64,000 nucleotides of DNA from Octopus vulgaris (lineage: Eukaryota). The first letter of the stretch is position 1, and every line of letters begins with the position of its first letter. Position numbers and translations under genes: made by a program. Below, in pieces: positions 1 through 13,284 of the stretch. Location: positions 180,606,001-180,670,000 of the forward strand of contig OX597816.1 in the NCBI GenBank assembly GCA_951406725.2. Reading direction: 5' to 3'. Below the pieces are notes generated by a model. That model was not told the origin of the DNA, ran no database searches, and was given only the letters and a program-made list of their open reading frames with translations.

Positions 1-205
1 AAATAACCTCTTACATATTTTTTTTTTGCTTTCCACTCAATTTAATTGCAAATTGAAGATGGCAGCATGAATACCACGACAATGTGTGTCAAACTAAGAA
101 TATGCATTTTCTTCTAAATAAAACCATGTTTGAAAATGATGAAATTTTTTGCACCTATTGAAAACATCCTAGCAAGATACATTATCAAGAACACATGTTA
201 TGTAT

Positions 206-298
206 GTCTTCATAAATAAACTAATTTAACCTAACTTAACCTAGCATAATGGTACTTTGGGTTAGGTCAGTTAAGGTTAGATTAGTTTGTTTATGAAA
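206..298. repeat. Imperfect inverted repeat, MITE-like, with AACCT units
   Basis: ttcataaataaactaatttaacc... versus ...ggttagattagtttgtttatgaa. Confidence 0.5.
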
Positions 299-1149
299 AT
301 ATACAAAATATTTACATTTCAAATACATTTCTCTATATTAATGGCAGCTGCAATAATAGCCGACATCTGAACATATCATATGCCAAATGCACAACTGCAG
401 AACATCCCCCAATTTTTTTTGTGTTTTGTTTGTTTTTTATAAAAGCCATATCAGCCAATGTACAGTGAATTCTATACTTCAACTAGAAAAATTAAGTTTT
501 TCTTTTTCTCTTGCTATAATAATGCTGATATAAAGCACTGTAAATGTGACAGTAACTAATAAGTCAAATCAGTTCCTATTCAGAAGTACTGTACTTCTAG
601 GTTAGCTGGAGAACCAGATCTTGCTTATATATTCCATTTCTGGCATTGTTACTATGGCTTGATACCCTTCTTAACACCAAGCACTTTACAGAGTGAATTA
701 CGTACACTTTATCATGGCACAAGCACTAGAGAGGTTATCACCTTGACAAAATTCTACCCTACATTGTCTCCAGCCAATATAGAATAGAGAGGACTAGTCT
801 ATTAGAAATTGAAACACTAAAATTAAAATCATATACACCAAGCATTCTTTCTTCATTTACTACAAGCTGAACAATAAAGACACGTTCTCCCCAGCCACCC
901 ACCCCCAATCCATGCTAATCCTAATGTGCTCCTAATTTATATTGTGAATTTTAAACAAAAACAAATATTAATAGTTTGACAAAGTTTCAGAAATATTGAT
1001 TTGAATTTAAACAAGGCATTAAACCAGATATGATTCAAACAATTTTGGATATCTGATTAATTAGAATTTTGACTGGACACGCAGGGCTAAGAGAGGTCAT
1101 TAGTTTCCAAATCATATGCCCAGGCTCTGTTGTAAGAATCTAGTCTTTA

Positions 1150-1550
1150 AGATTTTGGCAATACAAGGCTGACCATATCAAAGGAAAATCTGACATTGTT
1201 TGAGGTCGATCCAGCTGGTTTCCTTGAATGTTTCCTGAGCCAGAGACAAAGAAACAATCCATGCAATGGAAACTGCCTCTCCTCACCTGCTCCAAAGAAG
1301 GCCAAGATTGTTTTATCTACAGGGAAACTGAAGACCAAACTGACTAAAGGATAACCGACAAAATGGTTCTTGTTTCCTCAGGACAATGCTCCAGTACACA
1401 AGCCTTATGTTTCAATGGTTGCTGTGCCATTGAACTGGTTGATGAACCTCCCTATCTTCTTGTTTTGGCCCTATCTGGCTATTGTCAGTTTCCTAACACA
1501 AAACAAACACTCCATGAGAGTGTCTTGGTCAGCCTATGAACTTTTCAGCT
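1150..1550 (+). mobile_element. Highly degenerate mariner transposase remnant
   Basis: QDNAPVH at about 1378-1398, a decayed PPYSPDLAPSDY-like stretch near 1447-1482, and PETKKQSMQWK-like sequence near 1238-1270. Confidence 0.6.
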
Positions 1551-1802
1551 GAGGATGGCATCAAATGTTGTGAGGATTAGTTTTTAAAACAACTCTGAAT
1601 ATAACCACATTAACTGTGTTAAATTAACACTCAATTTTTCTCAGTTTGGTAAGACCAAAGTAAATTTCAAAAATTGTGTGCAACTGCATTTTTTTTCTAT
1701 CAATATCAAAACAATGAACTATAAAAAAGAAGTACTCGCACACAGATCAATCATATACATACACAAACACATACATACACAGAGGACAAAAAATTTACTT
1801 AC

Positions 1803-2066
1803 CTGTCACGAAGCCTCTTAGCAAAACCAAAATCAGTAATTTTCATATGGCCTTCATAATCTAAGAGGAGATTTTCTGGTTTCAAATCTCTGTAGACAAT
1901 TAATTTACTATGGAGATAGTCTATGGCTGAGATCAGTTCACAGGCAAAAAAGTTAGCCCAAGCACTGCTGAAAAACCCAGACTTTCGCAGATAAGAGAAC
2001 AGTTCACCACCAGGTACATATTCCAGTAGCATATAAAGAAAATTCTGATCGTGGTAAGACCATGAC
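1803..2066 (-). CDS. PRKX: Internal coding exon (264 nt) of a PRKX/PKA-C3-like AGC kinase, subdomains V-VII
   Basis: Encodes [27 protein letters not shown]...[32 protein letters not shown] ([11 protein letters not shown]). Minus-strand acceptor ttttcag| and donor |gtaag. Joins in frame to the 25597-25765 exon (AT|G = Met). Confidence 0.9.
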
Positions 2067-2473
2067 CTGAAAAATAAAATGTGACATATATGAATGTGTG
2101 TGTGTGTGAGAGAGAGAGAAAGGGAGAGTGTGTTTGTGCAGGTGTGTATTTTATTTTTTGTCCAAAGAAGAAGAGCCCGATGTGTGTGTATGTTCAAAGG
2201 AGAGGAGCTGTATGTGCCTTTGTTTGCATGTAGGTTTTATTGTTTGGTTCAAGTAAGAATGGTAACATGTATCATCGTCATCATCATTGTTTTAATCTCC
2301 ACTTTTCCATGCCCACAAGTGTTGGGCAGATTTTCTGTGACCAGATGCCCTTCCTGTTTCCAACCTCCATCTATTCCCATTTAAGGTAATATTTTTTTGT
2401 AGACCAGACATATCTTGGCAGATTGAAAACCAAGGAAACTGAACAGTGGCATTCACTTTCAACTATTACACTA

Positions 2474-3348
2474 TAAAGTGGCATCAAAAAGTTTCCAGAA
2501 TAGTTCAGTAACATACCAAGAGATGGCAGCACATGGTTGTATGTGCAGTGAGAGGTAGCAGTGACTGTCATGAGGCAGTGTGCTGAGTGACATTGCTGTG
2601 CCCACTTTGCAAGTGGTGAAATTTGTGTTTATGTGATCACGGGTCTGCTGTAGACTGGGATTTTGGAACAAAGAGCCCACAGGAAATTTTTGGTAAACTA
2701 GAGACATCTGCCACAGAGTCATTGAGCATGTTTTGGCAAGCTTATAGAGACAAGGCAATGTTTGTATGCAATATTTTGAGTGGCACGAGGGCTTCAAAAG
2801 TGGCACAACAGAACAGCAGCCCAATCAAAAGCATGCTCATTGTTTCTTTCAACATCTGTGGTATGTGCATCAAGAATTTGTCCCCCAGGGCCAGAGCATC
2901 AATCAAGAGTTCTACTGTGATGATGTTTGGCAAAAGCAACTGATCTGTGGAGCATGAAAAATTGGATTTTTCACGATAACAATGCACCCAGTTACTGAGC
3001 TCTCCTCACTTGCGAGTTTCTTGCCAAAAGCAACATGGTATCACTTTTGCACCTGCCCCATTCGCTAGATTTAGCACCTGTGAGCTTCCATCTCTTCCCC
3101 AAAATGAAAATGCAGCTCAAAGGTTGCCGTTTTAACACCATTGTTGAGATCAAGAGTGAATTGCAGAAGGTCCTTTACTCGCTTACAGAAAACAACTTCC
3201 AGAACAAATTCCAAAAGCGGCAGGAATGATGGGACTGGTGTATTGCTGTGCAAGGTGACTATTTCAAAGGAGATGATGTTAAAACTTAGGTAAATAAGTT
3301 ATTTTTTATTAAACATAATTAGCCCAGGAACTTTTTGATATCACTTTG
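2474..3348 (+). mobile_element. Internally deleted mariner element
   Basis: TIRs taaagtggcatcaaaaagtttcc / ggaactttttgatatcactttg, both flanked by TA. Remnants KSMLIVSFN, HDNNAP and LPHSLDLAPVSFHLF (decayed PPYSPDLAPxDF). Confidence 0.8.
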
Positions 3349-3391
3349 TATGTCAAGAGAAAAGAGACAGCAACACACACACACTCACACA

Positions 3392-3432
<41 letters not shown>

Positions 3433-3690
3433 TGTGCTCTTTCCAGTTTCCATCTACCAAAACCACTCACAAAGCTTTGATCGGCCCTCAAAATATGTGC
3501 ATATTTTATTGCTTAGTTCAATGCCTAAGTGCAGTATGTGTGCTTGTCTACTTATGAATTTTATATTTTAGTCCAAGCAAGAGAGTGACTGTGTAGCTAG
3601 GTGTGTGCTTTATTGCTTGTATATTTGTATGTGTGTGTGTGTGTGTGTGTATGTTAATGACCCCACTGTACTTAGTTAGGAGTGGGAAGA

Positions 3691-3733
<43 letters not shown>

Positions 3734-4702
3734 TCATCCAACAGAGGGAGTTGTATGTTTGCACTAGTGTTTTATTACTTAGTTCAAGCATTGTGCATGT
3801 GTTTATATTCTATTGCTTTGTTCATGAGAGAAGGGCAGTGTGTGTATATGTTTGTTTGTTCGCATTTTCCCTGCTTTGTTCAGGAGGTCAGTATGCATGT
3901 TTAAATATGTATCCTTGTGTGTGTAACTGTGTATGCATATGTAATTTATTGCTCAGTTCATGAAAGAGCAATAAACAATGTTTGTAAGTCTGTGGGTTTG
4001 TTTTGCTTCTTCAAGGCAACGAGGAGGGCAGTGCATGTAGGACTATAGATTTTCTATGTACAAATGTGTGTTTTAGTAATTAGCCTTTGCAGGTCCTCCT
4101 TTTGCATTAATGAGATTGATGCGGTTAATATTCAGTTTCAAGTTCTGTAGGTTGCTACGTAGATAGGGATAGAAAGGAAGAGTGTTCTGGAAGACAATAC
4201 GTTCAGAGTAATTGTTTCAGGGGGAGATAGTTGGGATGACAACATGAGAGAAATGAGTGCATCAGGTGATAAATGAGGGGCTTGAGGGTGTTAAAATCAC
4301 ACCAAAATTGATAAATTTGTTGCTCTATTAATGATAAAATAATATACCAATTATCTAGCTCCAGGCCAGCTCTGGTTTACCACATCAGTAATATATGTTC
4401 CAGTAGTGACCATTTTTTATTCAGAATTACATTTTTCAATTTACTCTTTCTTTTTTCTTTTTTTTCTTCTTTTTTTTCTTCCATGATTTGAAGGAAATTT
4501 CACTGCTATTTCTAGCAGGTTAATTTTGTTACATTGATCAATTAAAAAGATGACTACTACTACAACCACCAATCACTACTACCACCACTGCTAACACCAC
4601 CACTACTATCACCATTACCATCAATGCCCTTAGCATTACCACCACCGTCACTATCAACACTCTCCTTATCACTACTGCAGCCACTCTCCAATTTATTATA
4701 TA

Positions 4703-4808
<106 letters not shown>

Positions 4809-5065
4809 ATATATATATTTACACATACTAGAGTCATAGGTCATGTCATGTCTGTAACTGCTCACAATCCATTAAGTTTTGCTCTGTGTGTGTGCAGTAG
4901 CGGTAGCAGCAGTAGTAGTAGTAGCAGCAGCGACAATAATAGCAACATCATTTGTGCACGTGTGTGTGTGTATAATAATGTGTGTCCATATGTGAATGAC
5001 TTATGCTGGGCAGTAATAAGTGTGTGTGTGTGTGTGTGTGTGTTTATAAGGAAGCCTGTAATTGT

Positions 5066-5595
5066 ACCACCACCACCACTGCCACCACCACCACTGCCAC
5101 CACCACCACCGCCACCACCACCACCGCTGCCACCACCACCACTACCACCACTGCCACCACCACCACCGCTGCCACCACCACCACTGCCACCACCACCACC
5201 GCTGCCACCACCACCACTGCCACCACCACCACTGCCACCACCACCACCACCACCACCACCACCACCACCACTGCCACCACCACCACTGCCACCACCACCA
5301 CCACCACCACCACCACTGCCACCACCACCACTGCCACCACCACCACCACCACCACCACTGCCACCACCACCACTGCCACCACCACCACTGCCACCACCAC
5401 CACTGCCACCACCACCACCACCACTGCCACCACCACCACCACCACCACCACCACTGCCACCACCACCACTGCCACCACCACCACCACCCACCACCACCAC
5501 TGCCACCACCACCACTGCCACCACCACCACTGCCACCACCACCACTGCCACCACCACCACCACCACCACCACCACCGCCACCGCCACCAGCAACC
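5066..5595. repeat. (CCA)n microsatellite interrupted by CTG/CCG
   Basis: Direct inspection. Explains the poly-Pro/Thr/His/Gly/Val/Trp ORFs. Confidence 0.95.
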
Positions 5596-6550
5596 ATTCT
5601 TCAAGAGAGAATGTTGTTGCAGTTGCTGTCTAAGCTGAACTGTCACTCAGTCTCTGTTGATTGTTTAAAGATGAGGGATTAGGAGAATGTATTAGCGTGG
5701 CTTTAGACTATTTGGCAATAATGGAAGGTGTACAGATGGTTGGACTCTAAAAAATATTAAGCTGACCTGACATGTCATCCCCCCACCCCCGCTCAATGTT
5801 TCTTTTACATCCTGAACAGGAGTGGGGAGTGGAGAGTTCGGTGGTGGTGGTGGTGGTGGTGGTGGTAGACCAGGGCTTAAATTAAATAACAACACAGACA
5901 CTAGACTACTTGGCACTGGTGTTAGTCATAGAAGAAGACCCCAACTGCAGGTCATCGTGTGAAGTGTCACACTAAGGCCACTCCAAATGTAAACAAACTT
6001 CACTGATAATAGACTAATAATAGACTAATTTCAAAGTAAGTATAGTTGTTGTGTTGTAGCTTTGGTAATTGTCTCCTTCCATAACCGGTTCTGGTAAGAC
6101 TCACAATCATAAGATTATGGTTTCGATTCCTGGACCGGGTGATGTAATAAGTTCTTGAACAAAACACTTCATGTCATGTTTGTTGCTCCAGTCCACTCAG
6201 CAATGAGCAATCCTGACCAGGGAGGAATACATATATGTCAGAGAAACCAGGAAACGGGTCCCTATGCTCCTTATGGAATAATGTAGACTAACCAAACCTT
6301 GGGTTGATCAATACTGTGCATGTGTGTGTGTATGAGTGCATATCTTTCACTAATATCAGCAAAAGATGTATACATTCGTAAAAATTCCAATAGACCAGGA
6401 CATCCAAACAAAAATAACTTGCATTCATTCCATGAGTCACTGCTTTCCCTGAATGCTCTTTTACCATATTTAATGCTGAGAACTAATGACTGTCCTGTTG
6501 AAAGCCAGAAACCAGTGATACTATGTTAAAACAAATAAGAAGAGTAGGTC

Positions 6551-6921
6551 CAGGGCTAGATTTATGTACGGGCCAATATGGGCCATAGCACCAAGCATTA
6601 GGAACCTCTTTCACTCAGAGAAGCCTAACACTTAGAGTTTAAAAATTTTAAATATACTTTCAGCAATGAAATAAATAATTAATCTTTTTCTACTAACTTA
6701 AAATTTCTTTTGATATTTGCCAGACCCTTTTAGATTTCAAAAGGCCATTGAATTTAATTGTCTTTCTAAATCTACCAAGGCCCTTTTATGTTTTGGGGCT
6801 TCTTTAAATTGTTTGGGTCTCATAGATTTAATAGGGGCCTCTTTATTATCTTAAATTTTGAATTACTAAAATTGTAGTGGCCCTAAAATATACTGATCCA
6901 CTAAGTCTAAATCAGGCCCTT
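6551..6921. mobile_element. Non-autonomous hAT-like element
   Basis: Ends cagggctagattta ... taaatcaggccct. No clear TSD. Confidence 0.45.
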
Positions 6922-7346
6922 ATTTAGTGCAACATGGTGTTAAGGATGTGTGTGTGTGTGATAGCATAGCAGTATGTTTAGGTTGTGTATGATGTAGTGG
7001 AATGTCATGAATATGTGTAGAGTAGAGTATGATAGACTGCGCATGTATATAAAGTATGACAGCTGGAATACGCTGTATGTATTAATTAGGACATATATAT
7101 TGCATGGTTGGTCTCACGGGCATCTTGCATTTCCTACATTGTCCAGTCTGTAGGTGTTAGTGTAGGTGGCAGCAATGGAGTAGGATAAAGAGGAAATGAC
7201 TGGAGCATGACAGTTGCTGTTCTGGTTCAGCTGTTGGCTAAACATATTAGAAAATTAGTATAATTATTGTCAAGTACTAAAATCATTCAATGCAGTGAGA
7301 GTGAAGTATTTAATTAAAAATGATTATCCACTGAGAAAAGAGTAGA

Positions 7347-7708
7347 GGCATGGCTGTGTGGTTAAGAAGCTCACTTTGCAACCATGCAGTTCTGGGTTCA
7401 GTCCTACTGCATGGCACTTTGGGTAAATGACTTCTCCTATAGCTCTGGGCCAACCAATACCTTGTGAGTGAATTTGATAGAGGGGAATTGTGTGGAAGCC
7501 TGCCATTTATCTATGCATGTGCATTTGTGTCTGCCCCTCATCATTGCTTGATATTTGGTGATGGTTTGCTTATGCCTTCATAACTTAGCTGTTTGCCAAA
7601 AGAGGCTCACTTAAGAAATAGGGACTGGGGTCAATTCGTTTGACTAAACCCTAGAAGGTGGTACTCCCAGCATGGCTGCAGTACAAGGACTGAAACAAAT
7701 AAAAGATA
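7347..7708 (+). mobile_element. tRNA-head SINE, family A (diverged)
   Basis: A-box-like tggctgtgtggttaag, B-box-like ggttcagtcc; body shared with the copies at 24612, 45109, 51266 and 57778. Confidence 0.8.
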
Positions 7709-7779
7709 CAAAAAAAATTTTAAAAACAAGTAAAACAAGTAGGAAAACAACTAACATTATTTTAATCATTTTAGAAAGT

Positions 7780-9979
7780 TTTATAATGGGATTTCTGTAT
7801 GTGTCCCCTTAGTGTCATGCACTAATACAATGTGATATATAATACCACAGAACGGGGTAGACACCAACTGTCTCCAATTGACGTATTCCCAAATACCAAC
7901 AACTGTTACCAATCCAAAACAACTCTCAATGAACTATAACAACTTCTCAACAATTTTCTGTGACTCCACGAACTCATGAATGACACCTTTCCACTTGCTG
8001 CGATTTCACATCTCTTGCTCTCAGTCAAACATGCTGCTATTTATACAATCCTTGCCATAACATAACAATCTCCCCTTTTGAGATTTGACTTCTGTAGGAA
8101 GTGCAATTTGTTTATTCAATTTTATTCTATTGTTTCTTCATCATCACCTCTGCCTTTTTTTTGGATTTTAATTTCTTCAGAAGTTTTCATACTTCATTCG
8201 CTTATGGACTATTTCTAGTCATTCAGTTTGTTTACATTTTCTATTGCTGGTCCACCTAGATTCAACCTCTTTTGGCATTGGAACATTGAACAAGTCATAA
8301 CAAACTTCCATTGGTATTTCTTCTTTTTATCTGGTATGTCTAGCCTTCAACTGGTGTTTGTGCTCTCCTATTTGACCTTTTGTTATGTACATCATGCTGC
8401 CTATTCTTTGCATCACTATACCATCCTCCCAACCTTGTCTTCTACTCTTATATATTTTGAAATGAATTTTATCTCCCACATTAAAATACTTTGTTGTATT
8501 TCTTGGGGTTTTTTGTTGGTAACAATTTATCAAAAATTTATTTTATCTCCTGAGCGAACATTAGTTCTGATGGGCGACTTATCTGAACAAGTGTTTGGGT
8601 AGGTGTTACCCTGTAAACCCTTAAAAATTGAGTTTGTGTTGCATCATTGCCTAATTCCTTTTCTGATTTTCTTGGTGCTCACTTAAGTATGTCTATGAAC
8701 CTTTCTGCTTGCCCATTTGATATCAGGTAGTACAGCAGAGTAGGATGTGATTGATTGCATACCACTCACAGAAATTTTAAATTCATACCATGGAAACTGC
8801 CTTCTGTTACCCAATACTATGGCGTCTGGGATACTGTATCACGCAAGAAGTTCCTTCAAGGTTGGATGACTGCAGACCTCCACACCCATAACATGGATTT
8901 GGTTATAACATTCTTTTACCTTTATTTATACCCAGTTGACATATCTGTACTTGAGAGAAACATTATTCTTCAATTTTCTTTACGTCCTGTTGCAAGTTGA
9001 TAATTCTTTGACATTCCTCTGGTCCTCTTCTTCTAGTTATGTAAGAATCCGTGCATGTATTTCTGCATCTTTGTTAGCTGTCAAACTTTGCACAAAGACA
9101 AGGCATTTAAACATGTCTGGAGATAATTCCTTCAGTTTAAATTTTTTGCACATTTTATTTGCGATTGTAGTATAACTGACCAAATCTTCATTCTCTTCTT
9201 TTAATAAGTTCAAACAGTCCCAGCTAGTGCTGAACAAGGAACACTTATCACTGAACATTTTGGATAGCAATCCAATTATTTCTTCGAAGCAAATTCACTT
9301 GTTTTTTTAGGCAAAATAAAATAGCAGTATTTTTCATGTTCTTAAGGACCTAGTCTCAGTTTTTATATCATTGGTCCAACACTTGCATTCTTCCTTGGAG
9401 ATTTCTTTCTTCACATCTTCTGAAGTATGTCAAAAAAAGTTATCCCCACTTCTGGGTAGTAACTAAATTCAGTTATAGCATTTGCTATGCCATCTGGCAA
9501 AAACGAACTTGCAGTATTTCCGAACTTCAGCATCAGTTCCAGCAACTGATTGTGTTGTAGCTTTTGGTGAAACTCTTGTTACTGTTGTTGCTTTTGTAAC
9601 TGTAATATGTCAGCTAATTGATCTTCTATAATTAACAAATTTTTTTTATCATAAAAATTGTTAATGACCAACATAATTTTTGAATCACTCATTGCCATTT
9701 TTATAACATGGTTTCTGTATAGGTTCCCTTAGTGTTGTGCACTAATAACAGTGTAATATAGAATACCACGAAACGGAGTAGACACCAACTCTCTCCACTT
9801 GAGGCATTTCCAAATACTCAGCCAACAACTGTAACCAATCCAGCAACTCCACGAACTCACAAACACCTTTTGACTTCCTGTAATTTCTCATCTCTCACTC
9901 TCAGTCAAACATACTACTTCTTATATATGAGTTTGGCTAGTCCTTTCTCACAGGGGTTGTCATGATTCTCACCATAACA
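7780..9979 (-). mobile_element. Internally deleted Gypsy-type LTR retrotransposon (2.2 kb)
   Basis: Direct repeats 7780-8067 and about 9699-9979. Minus-strand PPT aaaaggggagat abuts the tgttatg LTR start; PBS-like tggcaatgag follows the other LTR; flanks aaagt/gaagt. Gag-like ORF 9037-9270 and integrase SNGQAER near 8700-8720. Confidence 0.85.
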
Positions 9980-10282
9980 GAAGTTTGTAAGAAAGCTCTG
10001 ACCATTTTTTTAGTCATATAAGATTTCTTCAGAAAGTTACAGACTCACAGTACATGCTGAAGTAATGATGAAAGAATCACTCAATAGATGTTTGAGATTT
10101 ATACATAAGTATGTAAGTTAGCTTATCTACTAAGTCATTTTCTTATAAAAACTTCAGTAGGTACAGTGAGGTCTATGCTTTGCTGAAAAGATCTAAGAGC
10201 AAAATACATCTGGAATTGTCTTCTGTGCTTAACAAAATGATTAGAATGTTATTTATTAAGCTAATGGCTTTCCTCACTGCAT

Positions 10283-10960
10283 GTCATCATCATCATTTTC
10301 CATGCTGGCATGGGCTGGACAGTTTGACAGGCACAGGCAAGCCCCTGTCAAACTCTCCAGCCCATGCTGGCAAGCCAGAGGACTACACTAGGCCCCAAAT
10401 GTCTGATTTGGCATGGTTTCTATGGCTGGATGCCCTTCCTAACACCCAACTACCTTACAAAGTGTACTGTGTGTTTTTTTACATTCCATTGGCACAGGTA
10501 CATTTTATGTGGTACTAGCACAAGTGCGTTCTACATGGCACCAGCACAAGTGCATTTTATGCAGCACCAGCACCTGCAAGACAAAGACCTTTCAGCTGGG
10601 AGAGGAAGTGGTGGGGGGGCAGAGCCATAAAGGACATGTTTGTATGAATGTTTGGATAGCCATGATTTCATTTAGCTTGACATGTCATCTCAAATGCAGC
10701 AAATCACCACAAGTCCCAGTCCCTTGTCATCTTCTATCATCATCATCAACATCAGCATCATCATTGCACCAACTTTCTCTATTTACTTGCTCCTCCTACT
10801 CCTCTTGTACTTTAAAACTAATTTTATCACTCACTTGAAGATCCTTTCTCACCACTTTGTCCTGTGTCATCCTGAGTACATCCTTTCCACAGGTTCCTTC
10901 CACAATTAGAGCTCAGCACTTCTTTAAGCAGCTGTCCTTGACCGTACACACTTTAAGGAG
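10283..10960 (-). mobile_element. Old 5'-truncated RTE LINE 3' end
   Basis: (CAT)n tail on the plus strand and the ggctggatgcccttcctaac motif shared with the other RTE copies. Confidence 0.65.
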
Positions 10961-11882
10961 CTGTACTCATCCATATACCAGCATCCTTATTTTCAAATAT
11001 GTTAGCATTAAATGAATATGTTAACAATAACTTGACAACTGGTTTTCATGAAAATGGCCTTTCTAAGTAAATTTCCTTGGTGGTTTATTTAGTTTGAACA
11101 ACTGCAAAAGACATAGGTTTGGGAGTTCAATATCATCAACTGATCACTTCTTATTCATTATCTTTCAGTTATGTCCTTCGTATTTCAGTTTAGAAACACA
11201 AGAAACGATTTATGTTGAATCCCAGAATAGTTCTTGAAATTCATTTATTTGATTATCAGAGTGGGAATAGTCTGTGCAGTGAGTGGCAAAAATTAGTTTT
11301 AAAGTACAAGAGGAGTAGGAGGAGCAAGTAAATGGAGAAAGTTGGTGCAATGATGATGATGATGTTGATGATAGGATGATGTCGGTCACCGACTATTTCA
11401 GTCAATAGCAGGTAGCAATGTTTTGCAGTAACACCTGAAGATAATTAACAAGAAGCTAGGAGCTGTTGTTGTTCAATGTAATTAAACTTTCACATTTTTT
11501 AATACTGATTGAGAGGAGAGAACAGGGTAGGAAAGACGGATAAATTGATAAGCTGAAAGGCAAACACACAGTCAGAGAGACAGACATATAGACTGACAGA
11601 CAGGCAAGCAGACGAATATATAAACTGGGGTTTTGGCAGATAAACAGCTGTCCCTGGAAGCAAACAAAAAAAAAAAACAGACAGACAGAAAGATAGACAT
11701 CTGGGCATAAACAGAAAAAAGACAGCCTGAATCCAAGCAAAGCAGATTCAATAAGCTAACAAAGCAGAAAGAGGTTATTGGACTTCCAACTGCTGAGCTC
11801 TCTATACTATAAGATCAGGAACATTGTATGAATAGAATACAGGAAAGCCATAAAAATATATACAATTTTATAATAATAATTC

Positions 11883-11916
<34 letters not shown>

Positions 11917-12306
11917 GGAACAATTTTTTAAAATGAACAACAAAAAGAAATTGATTTTAATGGCAGATTGTGGGGGGTTGTTGTCCCCTCTTCTAGCCTG
12001 CCACCTGTGCAACGATAGACTGTCTGTCTTACATGACAATAGTTGCCAACCACCCCAATGGAAACCTCTTGTGTCATTTGATGGTCCTGGTTTTGGTTGA
12101 CATGTTGGTGTCAGTAGTAGTCAGTGGTAGCAGAGCAAGCATTTGGTAAATACTTGCATTTAAATACTTGTCATCCCCAACAACCACATTCCCAGTATGA
12201 TTGTGTGTCTACAAATATCCACTGCATTAAGTAAACCTGTTTGGCAAGGTGATTAACTTTAGGCAATGTGGCTGGGCACTGAAAGAAGAGAACGTTTGTG
12301 TTATTG

Positions 12307-12360
<54 letters not shown>

Positions 12361-12394
12361 TGGTGGAAGACGATCCTTTTAAAAATCTTAAAAA

Positions 12395-13200
12395 CCTAAT
12401 GAATGTTGCCTTTGACAACAGCAGAGCTTTTGTCTATATTTGGCATATCCAAGCTAAGTTGCCCACCTACAGATGTACTCAGGTTATCAACAACTTGTTT
12501 GATCTGAAGTTTTCTAACAGATCCACACAAACACCACATTTCTTCATCCCACATTTCCCAACACTGGTGTACCCCGAAAGGTTGAGTTATATCATTTACA
12601 TTCTTCATGCTGCACATTAACCCACTTGCTATAAATTGCAATGAAACTCCTGTGTAGACAGAATGTTCACTCCTGTGCAATATTAAGTCTAATTTCAGCA
12701 AACAACAACTCTTGTTGCCACAGTTGCTGATGATATGCAGTCAAGATACTTTACACAAGACATAAACAGAGACCTTGAGAGCATTCTTCATCGGGAACAC
12801 GACAACCTAACCTCCATCAACAAGACAAAGTTTGCATCACTATAAATATCAAAGGAAAACACTCTAAACACAGCATACAATTTATTCATTAACCACTCAC
12901 AAGTAAAACCCTCAAAATTGCAACAAATTCTTGGCTTCACAATTTCTCATAATTTCTCTAAGTAACTTCACATTGCCAAAATTACATCCAAAAAGGTACA
13001 CTTCGTCCTCAGAAGCAGAAAATACATCAGCCCTCATCAGTTTCAAACCCTCCCTCTGTAAAACTGCATATATCTCTACCTAATCCCCACTTCCTGCCCC
13101 CATGTTCTCTGTGGTGTTTCACCTGACAAATATCCCTACCAAAGATTTTGTGAAGTCACATTTCCCCAGAAACCCAGAAATTTAACCCTCTGGAATACTC
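12395..13200 (+). mobile_element. Degenerate CR1/Jockey-group LINE RT remnant
   Basis: VAFDNSRAFVYIWH (cf. xDxxKAFDxVWH) and ADD (gctgatgat) near 12726; many stops. Confidence 0.5.
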
Positions 13201-13284
13201 AACAAGCTTTTATTATTATTTTTTTTCTTCTTTTTAACATTAATCAAAACTTCCAGAAAGAAAGTCAAATTTGGGTTACTTAGA

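Noticed and set aside
4848-5682. Poly-Pro/His/Thr/Gly ORFs resembling formin or extensin
   Set aside because: Translations of a (CCA)n repeat open in all six frames, with no flanking domains.
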